From: the human T2T-CHM13v2.0 reference genome, Homo sapiens
Strand: one strand, 5' to 3'
Length of the DNA: 64,000 nucleotides
NCBI RefSeq assembly: GCF_009914755.1
Contig: NC_060925.1
The notes below the pieces were generated by a model that had not been told where the DNA came from, ran no database searches, and worked only from the letters and a program-made list of their open reading frames with translations. The position numbers were made by a program, and so were the translations under genes. Below, piece by piece: positions 52,340 through 64,000 of this stretch. Positions within the stretch are counted from its first letter, which is position 1. Every line of letters starts with the position of its first letter.

Positions 52340-52528
52340 GAAGTTTGTGGTATATGAAGTATTGCGAGAAGATGAGTTTTCCCCACTAAAGAATGCTGAT
52401 AGTCAGAATGGGAAAGACAACCCTACTACTGCAAGGCATGCTTTGATGTCCCTTCATCATTGCTGGGTCCTCAATGCAGGGGGCCATTTCATAGATGAAA
52501 ATGGCTCTCGCCTTCCAGCAATTCCCCG
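52340..52528 (+). CDS. UAP1: UAP1 exon 8: [19 protein letters not shown]...RLPAIP(R)
   Basis: CTCTAG|G; CCG|GTAAGT; 189 nt. Confidence 0.98.
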
Positions 52529-52863
52529 GTAAGTCAGTATCTTTTCTCTTTTGTATGAATCCTTTCTTGGACTTTTCCTCTTGGACTTCTCTCTCTCTCT
52601 CTCTCTCTGTATTCCTAGATCTTTTTTAAAAAGCAAAGTTTTGATGTGTGAACAGTTCCTGATGTGAAATAACAGTAGCTTTGCCTATTATAAAGAGAAT
52701 GATTGTTTTACTTTCTTGTGAAGAGGAGTCTTTCAGATCTCTCTTTTTTTAATTTTTATTTTTTGGAAACATTGCCACCATGACAGCAAAAAGACTTCTA
52801 CTAAATAATGATCAGAAGATTTTTTTTTTTTTGGTGTGCCATATGGTTAAAGCCCATCAGTAA

Positions 52864-54423
<1,560 letters not shown>

Positions 54424-54748
54424 TTAGAGAACACTGAACATTGGAATTTACTGGTACATAACTGGTTTTACAAGAAGCAGCAGTGGTAGCTTTCATCTCC
54501 CAGTCCAAGGCCACTTTTGGGCTCTGTATTGTCAACAAGCTTGCTCTTGGCATGTCACATTGTCCTCATGTTTCATCTTTGGCCATTGAGTTTTATTTTT
54601 ATTTTTTTACCCCCTTTTGGTCTCTTGGGACGAATTTATGATTTACCATAAATACATACCATTCAATCAAGTATATTTTGCAACTCCATTTCATTGTTAT
54701 TGTTTGATTTGCTTCCATTCCCATTAATCCTTATTTATTCCCACATAG

Positions 54749-54799
54749 CAGTGCTACAAATGGGAAGTCAGAGACCATCACAGCTGATGTCAATCACAA
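54749..54799 (+). CDS. UAP1: UAP1 alternative cassette exon 9 (AGX2 insert, 17 aa: SATNGKSETITADVNHN)
   Basis: TAG|CAG tandem acceptor; CAA|GTAAAT donor; 51 nt, symmetric phase 2; gives 522 versus 505 aa, matching the known AGX2/AGX1 lengths. Confidence 0.95.
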
Positions 54800-55483
54800 G
54801 TAAATATACCAGCCTGCCTACAGTGCATGGTGATGGGGCTGTGCTTCCCTCCATACTAACTGGCATCGTAGTTTAGTGCTCTGCCTTTTGGGGGTCTGGA
54901 GGGAGGATGGTTGAAACTTTGGTGTGGGTGCACTGCTTACTTGGTGGCAGGTATCTCTCTGGATGACACTAACTCAGAATCTTGTTGCATGCTGGAAATG
55001 GGGAGCATGCTTTACTAAAGAATCTGACCACAGGTGTTAGAGCTGGAACTGACAGATTTTCAGATGATAGGTAAGATCCAGAGCAGGTTACAGGTCAGGG
55101 AGAACACATTTTGCACCTTTAACATAAGCTTATACGGGGTTAAAAATACCATTCTGAAGATGTGTCTTGTGGAATTGGGTGTATGCTCTCAGTATACAGG
55201 CTGATTGTTCCTGTCATATTTGATGGCCCTTAATATGGAGAAAACTGTTCTGTTGATTTATTCTCACACTAACAGCTCTCCTTTTTGGTCACTGCATTAA
55301 TTTTAGTCAGTTACTTTCTTGCTTCTAAAGAATCTTTTTATCTTAATGGCAGATCATTTTTAGTTAGAAGTAACACATATCCTCTCCCATCTGGGTACTG
55401 ACAGAGTTTGGAAAAGCCATTATCTTTATAGTTTAAGAGACAGCTTGATGTTATTGTTACACTTTGAAAGTTAAAGTTTTTAA

Positions 55484-55796
<313 letters not shown>

Positions 55797-56019
55797 TTAA
55801 GGTAATTTGGGAAATATATGCAGGGCAAAAGATCTGGAGATGGAAGTTATCTCAGAAATAGAGTAGCACCTTCATCAGTGTCACCCACGTGCTTTTTCCT
55901 GTCTGTGCCATTCCTCTGCCCAGACAAATTCCTGTGAGTGTCAGTGTTTCTGGGATGTGATTCTGTAAACAAGGAAGTGGACTCAAAGATCTGATCAATT
56001 TCTTATAGGTGCTGTAGAT

Positions 56020-56536
56020 CAGCGGTCTCCAACCTATTTTGGCACCAGGGACTGGCTTTGTGGAAGACAATTTTTCCACAGACTTGGGGTGGTGAGGGTG
56101 GTTTCAGGATGATTCAAGCATGTTACATTTATAGTACACTTTATTTCTATTATTATTACATTGTAATGAAATAATTATACAACTCACTGTAATGTATAGA
56201 ATCAGTGGGAGCCCTGAGCTTGTTTTCCTGCACCTAGGTGGTCCCATTTGGGGATGATGGGAGACATCATCAGGCATTAGACTCTCATAAGGAGCACACA
56301 ACCTAGATCCCTTACATGGGCAGTTCACGATAGTGTTCACATTCTTAAGAGAATCTGTTGCGGCCACTGATCTGACAGGAGGTGGAGCTCAGGCAGTAAT
56401 GTGAGTGGTGGGGAGCATCTGTAAATACAGATGAAGCTTTACTCACTTGCCCACTGCTCATCTCCTGGTGTGTGATCCAGGTCCTAACAGGCCACAGAGT
56501 AGTACCGGTCCATGGCCCAGGGGTTGGGGACCGCTG
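56020..56536 (+). mobile_element. MER1A-like hAT/Charlie DNA transposon
   Basis: TIRs CAGCGGTCTCCAACC / GGTTGGGGACCGCTG; 8-bp TSD CTGTAGAT/CCATAGAT; 517 bp. Confidence 0.85.
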
Positions 56537-57836
56537 CCATAGATGACTGTTGTCTCTCCTGCCTTGGGAACTGGGATGCAGAGCCCTTTATCACTTTCTG
56601 TCTCATCCACCATTTTTAATATATGGAAGCAAGCTGCTTTTATATTTAAGAAATAAAACTTTGATTAAATTTCTTTGTCATTGAACCATAGCTTTTAACC
56701 TAACAGTGTAATAGATTGTTAATTATATAACTGAAGACAGCATCTAGCTATCTTAGTTAAGATACAAAAAGCTTTAAACATTATTCTTACTCTTTTGTTT
56801 AATATCCCCCATCGCCCAGTTTACTTCATTTTAGCCATTTATAGAATAATTAAAGTGAAATCAAAGTTTGGCTTTAAATGATACCATGCACTGAAAAAGA
56901 GTTCCTGCGTAATCCTTAGCACCAAAGGATGACCTTACACAGCTGAAGAACATCATGTAATTGTGAGAGATGAAAAGGAAGTATATTATGTAAAAGAGGG
57001 AAGAAGCAACTAGGAGGTATTCTGAAAGAATGGAAACAACCATGCTGAGTTTTGACTCGATATTATTTTTATTTCTCACCTTAATGCTTACTGAATAGTG
57101 TTAGCTACCAAAAGGATGCATGGCTAAAGAATTGTGGGGCAGTAGGTTTATTGGGCTAATTTGCTTATATCCTGAGATTTTACATTTGGTGATGGTAGCT
57201 TCTGTTTTCCCTCCTTCAGGGCATCCAATTTTGTTTACTGAAGTTCACTCCTTAGTTTCTTGGGGTATCTTTGTGGTAGTAGAATGGAAGTTACATATTC
57301 AGGCCAGCTGTATATGTGTTTCTTGGGTTCACAACCACCTTCTGTTCCTGCTACACTGAATCCTTCAGGGGTTTAGGTGGGACTGGGCTATATACATCTT
57401 AATGGGGTGGGCCCTCATTTTTTCCTTTTTTTTTCCTCGGCATGCCTACTCAAGATTCATTTGGTTTTGTATGACTTTGAGTTGCCCCAGAAGGTCTGGA
57501 CTAGACCTCTTGAGCTCTTGTGGTAGAATCTGGCATGTATGTAGAGAGGTGTGTGCCCCACTATGCCTCCTCTTTTCCCTTCATTAGTTTGTCATCATTT
57601 TCATAGTGTTATTTGTTCAGACAACAAGCATTCGTAGGCCTGCTCATAGGTTTATAGGTGCTATTAGTATCCTAGGTGCTGAAGTATCTTATACAAGAGA
57701 AATAAGTCACTTCTTACAGACTACTGGGATGTTCAAGATGCACATACATAAAAGTTAAGTAACATTTTCAGGCAGTATGTGATTATGTGCTAAATGTGTG
57801 CTATAGCAATAATTACTCTGGGAGGCAGTGACTTAG

Positions 57837-58507
<671 letters not shown>

Positions 58508-59158
58508 TGAATAAATGGATGGAGACAATCACTATGAAATGCAGTGGTCAAGAGAAGATTGGGGCTTGAGCCAAATCTTGGAGGATGAGTATGGTTTTTA
58601 TGGGACCATAGTTGAGAATGACTTGGAATAATCCAAAGAGTGTGACTGATCTGGTTTGAGTGGAGAGTCTCAGGATAAGTAAGGTGAAGTAGGATAGAGA
58701 GTGCTTTGAATGCTAGAGAAAGGTTGACCTGTAGCTAAACTCAGAAGCCCTCTGATTTTTATTGACTCCAGCAAAGTTTGAGACTACGTACTTGGGGAAA
58801 GCACAGAAAGAGCTATGGTTTGACAAGAGACTAATATTTTTGTGCCCTGTGTCTTATTGGTAAGATTCTTGAAGTGGCAAATAACAAAGAGGTCTAATGA
58901 CTGCAAACTCATTGACTATTTATTGACTTTTGTGTTAGATAACTTAGAAATTCAGAATTGCTGTAAATGTTAGGTTGTGACCTAGATGAAACAAATAGGG
59001 ACTTTGACCTTGCCTTCGCTTGAGTGCATTCTGCCTTAGCTCTTTAAAAAGGGACTTTTGGTAACAGAGAAGTACTTTGAAACATATTGAATAAATTAGC
59101 TCAGCTAATCTAGGACATTTGGGTTGTACAGAAAAAACATGTACTGGGAAATAATTTA

Positions 59159-59368
59159 ACTGTCTGATAGAACTTTCTGCAGTGAAGGAAATGTTGCATA
59201 TCTTTGTTGTCCAGTTTTGTAGTCATTGGCCATTCATGGCTTCTGAACACTCGAAGTGTGATTATTATGACTGAGAAACTGAATTTTAAATTTTAAATTA
59301 GTTTTAAAAATTTTAATTAAATTTAAGTAGCCCTGTGCAGCTATTGGCTTCTGTATTGGATAGTACAG
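59159..59368. mobile_element. MER3-like DNA transposon
   Basis: ATAGAACTTTCTGCAGTGA.GGAAATGTT and GACTGAG.AACTGAATTTTAAATTTTA motifs. Confidence 0.75.
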
Positions 59369-59808
59369 CTTTAGAATGTTTGTCAACATTAATAGTACCA
59401 AGGTAGTGGTGAAGATTAAAATGCAATATGAAGGCTTCAGAGCACCTAGCATTGGGCTTGGCATATAGTATATACCTAGTAAGTAGTCACCTTTTTATCA
59501 AATTGAAACTTGGAAATGGTTAAAAATGAGATGTATGTAAGGGGACAGTGTGTAAAAACTAGTGAAGTGCTGTAAAGAGCTACCAGTAATTATTGGCACT
59601 TGCCCCAAATAGTGTCCTTCTGACCTGAGAATTTCATATTAACTTAATCCTCAGGGAATTTAGTGATCATCAGGGTAGCATCTATTCCATTTGTTTAACT
59701 GGAAGAATTATCTGCAAGCTTCTCAGAGGAAAGTTATGGTTTGTACTTTTGCTCTGGCAAGTAACATGGGAAGCAAAGTCTTTAACACATACTTGTTTTT
59801 TTTCTTAG

Positions 59809-59875
59809 CTTGAAGGATGCCAATGATGTACCAATCCAATGTGAAATCTCTCCTCTTATCTCCTATGCTGGAGAA
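59809..59875 (+). CDS. UAP1: UAP1 exon 10: [22 protein letters not shown]
   Basis: TTTCTTAG|C; GAA|GTAAGT; 67 nt; absent from the ORF track. Confidence 0.97.
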
Positions 59876-59919
59876 GTAAGTCTGCTTTACTTTTTCCTCT
59901 ATTCTTTTACAAAGCTTTG

Positions 59920-60240
59920 TATATTTCAAAATAATGAAAAAGTGGATTTTAAATGTTCTCACCATAAAGAAAGGATAAGTATTTGAGGTGATAGATATGT
60001 TAATTGGCTTTATTTGATTATTCGACAGTGTATATATGCATTGAATCATCACATTGTATCTGAAAAATATATACAATTATTGTCAATTAAAAATGAAATA
60101 AGGTTGGGCACAGTGGCTCACTCCTGTAATCCCAGTACTTTGGGAGGCTGAGGCAAGAGGATTGCTTGAGCTCAGGAGTTTGAGACCAGCCTGGGCAATA
60201 TAGTGAGACCTGTCTTTATAAAGAAAAAAAAAATTACAAA
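59920..60240 (+). mobile_element. L1MA-type 3' end (~59920-60100) followed by a FLAM (~60102-60240)
   Basis: GATTTTAAATGTTCTCACCA.AAAGAAA.GATAAGTATTTGAGGTGAT.GATATGTTAATT L1MA 3' UTR motif. Confidence 0.8.
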
Positions 60241-60732
60241 AAAAGAAATAAAACTTTTTTAAAAAGTAGAATTCTGGCATTGTTTTATGTTTAAGTAGGG
60301 ATGTCCTTAGAGAAGATGCAGCATTTTCTGATGGTCCTGCCCTGAGGAGCTCTTCCTGGGAACAAGTTGAGAAGCTGCATTTGTTCTGAATTCTTCTCTT
60401 TGAGAATTCGTGTTATGGCTTTGCATCTATCCCATAAGTGGGTTAGTTGCCATTAACAGACATCTGCAATATCTAGTCCATTTCACCTACTCATTGAAAT
60501 GTAGTAGGCTTTTGAAAAATATATAATCAGCCTTGTTTTTTAGATGAATCACCTGGCTTTTTTTAAATGCAATGTAAGTTTTCTTTCAAGGATTCTAGTT
60601 TGTTCAAGTACTTAGTACTGTCACTTTTAAAACTTGGGGATTTAGAGGTCTCTACTCTTTTACTTATGTAATATTTTTCCTGGAGATCTTTGTATTGCTT
60701 TGTTGTAGCATTAGAGATAGCTTTCTTGCTTA

Positions 60733-61014
<282 letters not shown>

Positions 61015-61287
61015 AGTTAACTCTGTGAGAGATGATTATAGGAAAAATGTTTATCTTATTAACTGTAGAAATGATCAGAGTAATTTTCTTTTTATATTTT
61101 TGTTTTATGCTTTTACAAGTCAGTCATTAAGTCTACTCTAAAATGTCTATTAAATAGATTTTGACTTTTATATTCTGCATCTCAACCTTTTTTGGCATTT
61201 GTGCTTTAAATCATCATTATAGCAAGTCCAGCACTGCATGACAAGTGCAAATTTTCTAATTGTGTTTCATTTCAATCCTCTTTTTAG

Positions 61288-61380
61288 GGATTAGAAAGTT
61301 ATGTGGCAGATAAAGAATTCCATGCACCTCTAATCATCGATGAGAATGGAGTTCATGAGCTGGTGAAAAATGGTATTTGA
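61288..61380 (+). CDS. UAP1: UAP1 exon 11 coding part: [30 protein letters not shown]
   Basis: TTTTTAG|GGA; TGA at 61378-61380; total CDS 1518 nt (505 aa) or 1569 nt (522 aa). Confidence 0.97.
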   Translation, partial: GLESYVADKEFHAPLIIDENGVHELVKNGI

Positions 61381-61855
61381 ACCAGATACCAAGTTTTGTT
61401 TGCCACGATAGGAATAGCTTTTATTTTTGATAGACCAACTGTGAACCTACAAGACGTCTTGGACAACTGAAGTTTAAATATCCACAGGGTTTTATTTTGC
61501 TTGTTGAACTCTTAGAGCTATTGCAAACTTCCCAAGATCCAGATGACTGAATTTCAGATAGCATTTTTATGATTCCCAACTCATTGAAGGTCTTATTTAT
61601 ATAATTTTTTCCAAGCCAAGGAGACCATTGGCCATCCAGGAAATTTCGTACAGCTGAAATATAGGCAGGATGTTCAACATCAGTTTACTTGCAGCTGGAA
61701 GCATTTGTTTTTGAAGTTGTACATAGTAATAATATGTCATTGTACATGTTGAAAGGTTTCTATGGTACTAAAAGTTTGTTTTATTTTATCAAACATTAAG
61801 CTTTTTTAAGAAAATAATTGGGCAGTGAAATAAATGTATCTTCTTGTCTCTGGAG
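61381..61855 (+). other. UAP1: UAP1 3' UTR (3' end approximate)
   Basis: Repeat-free sequence from the stop codon to ~20 nt past the first AATAAA. Confidence 0.75.
61829..61834 (+). terminator. UAP1: Polyadenylation signal AATAAA
   Basis: First canonical hexamer after the stop; U-rich/UGUA elements upstream and GU-rich sequence downstream. Confidence 0.8.
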
Positions 61856-62020
61856 TGTCATTTGTACTTGAAGAAATTATTTCATTGAGAAAATATGAAA
61901 CTTGGGAGAAACTTTAAGATAATGCATAAAAACAAATTGATGCTTCAGTGAGGTTGCAGAGTCATAGAACTTCTTTCAGTGAATATCTAACTTTGGGCTT
62001 TATCTTCTTATCACTTTATA

Positions 62021-62243
62021 ATAGTAGCTCTCACCCAAAGATTATTTTGTCCTCCACCCAAAGGGGCATTTGGCAATGTCTGGAGATATTTTTGGTTGTG
62101 ACAAGTGGGAAAGTGAAGTGGTACCACTGGCATCTAATAGGGATTAGGGATGTCACTAAACATCCTACAATGCACAGGATGGTCTCCTACGACAAAGAGT
62201 TATCTGGCCTAAAGTGTCAATGGTGTCAAGGTCGAGAAGCCTT
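62021..62243. mobile_element. MER20-like DNA transposon
   Basis: GGGGCATTTGGCAATGTCTGGAGA.ATTTTTGGTTGT and AAACATCCTACAATGCACAGGA motifs. Confidence 0.8.
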
Positions 62244-64000
62244 GTTTCAAATTATTCATTTACTCTGTTTTGCCCAAATATTTGGTGGCACTTAGGAATT
62301 CAAAAGAATGTAGTTTCTGAATTTTCTCTGGTAGGCTATTCCAGTTTTTTGTTATTGTTGTTGTTATTTTAGAGGATTAAAAAAATAAAAAGACAAAGGT
62401 GGTTCTTTAAATATGGGCCATAGATCATTGGTCATTAGTAAGGGTTCTCTGTGTCTAAAATGCTGTTTGCATGAAAAGACTGAGCTTTATAAATGCATCT
62501 TAAATAATATTTAAGTATTGACCAAAAGTATAAAAAGGAACATCTGGATAAATGATTCTAAAAATTATATCTAGAAAAGAGATGAATAAATTTCATTTTC
62601 CACTAACAAGTTGTCACAAGATAGGATGTCATTCATGGGGTGGGTCTTTTGTTTAAGGATCACTTTTTTTTTTTTTTGAAGAGCATGTGATGTTCATATC
62701 CATCAATCTTACCTATTTTTTTTTTAACTAAGGCCTAAATCATTCATTTAGCATATTTTCTATTTTATTTCAATAACAGCTCAATTTTGCTATTGTTATC
62801 TATTCCAGTTTTCAAAAAGATTAGTGAAGTTTGACTTCTCATTGAAATGAGCTCCAAATGGGTTGTAAGAATGGAATTGCAGAGTCTTTAGCTCCTGAAT
62901 GCCAAAAACTGATACTAATGGTATGATCCGTTTCTTTTTTTCTTGAACCTTGCTATTTCCTCTGCTATTTCCACCTGCTATTTATTCTTCTCCTGTTGTA
63001 AGAAAATACTAGTGATGCTAGGAAAAGGGAAGAATGGAAATGGGATTGTGTAGTGGTTTTGTTGGAGAGGAGCGATGGCTGGGGAACATTGGGTAGTTAA
63101 GAGCAAACTCTGAGAGCCTCTGAGCCATGAAATGATAAGGTGATAGCATTATGTATTTTTATGAGTTCTTGTTAAATAATTGTTATAATTCAGAAAATAC
63201 AGAATTGGGTAAAATGTTTATGAAAATAAAAGCTAGAATAATTTGGCAGTAACAGTATAGAATTTATGTGACAGTTGATAGTCATTTTGAGTCTGGCTTG
63301 ATCGACTGGCTGTGATTTAATAACTTTTTTGATAGTCACAAGTGAACATATAAGCCCAATGGGTATGTTACTTGAATATTTGATTTTTGTTCAATTTCCC
63401 TCTTAACCTCTCTAATTTAATCCAGTTTTGATGTCCACAAAGGAATTTTTAGTGACGTCTATTGGAAGATAAAGAAAAATTCAGTTTTCAACTTCTACCT
63501 CTTCTATTCCTGGAAGTTTTGGCTTTTATTGGTAATTTTGATTTTATTTCTAATTCCAGCTTACTATTGCTAGCACTTCCTCTTTATTCATCACAGTACA
63601 GTCAGATTTCAGTTATCCAGGTAAAAAGAGGCAAGGAAAAAGCATGCATACTCTTAGAAGAGTGACTAAAACACAAATCATTCAGTTAGTTTGGAAATCT
63701 GTTTTTCTGTTGGCCAACGTGGACATTTTTGCAATTCATGGTCCTGTTTTGAGCCCTGGTTTAGGAAATACATATTGGGAAGTGATGAATGAATGAGTTA
63801 GCCAATAAGGACTGAGTGCTTGTCACGTGGCCAGCAATATTAGATGGGGTATAAAAAGTATAACACAGAGACTTGTCCTTAAAAAACTTACATTCTGGTT
63901 AAAGGGACAAAATTAACCCACGTAACAATGAAAAGATAATTTATTACTAAAATGTAAGGAATTAAGCTCAGTAAGAGTTAAACAAAGGTAATCATAAATT

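Overview
Primate, most likely human, genomic DNA with no prokaryotic-type features. The window holds the complete UAP1 gene (UDP-N-acetylhexosamine pyrophosphorylase, AGX1/AGX2) on the + strand. It has a CpG-island promoter at ~23.0-24.2 kb, a non-coding exon 1, ten coding exons (28079-61380) and a 3' UTR with AATAAA at 61829. Spliced by hand, the coding exons give 505 aa without the 51-nt cassette exon (54749-54799) and 522 aa with it. All introns are GT-AG and all phases match. The upstream 23 kb is intergenic. It contains a processed UQCRB pseudogene on the - strand, with TSDs, a decayed tail and an Alu insertion, plus LTR8-, MLT1- and THE1-family LTRs, L2/MIR fragments and many Alus (roughly 55-60 Alu/FLAM copies in the whole window by hand count). 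Nearly all ORFs in the supplied track are Alu translations. I see no convincing new biological system. The best leads are: (i) an out-of-frame uORF that overlaps the UAP1 start codon only after splicing; (ii) a dense splicing-motif cluster (NAGNAG, YCAY, UGCAUG, ACUAAC) around the AGX1/AGX2 cassette exon; (iii) a UQCRB retrocopy that appears to keep ancestral residues; (iv) two non-TE local duplications, one inside an inverted repeat and one bracketing exon 3; and (v) several atypical retrotransposition or recombination scars. Repeat family names come from recalled consensus sequences and repeat boundaries are approximate.
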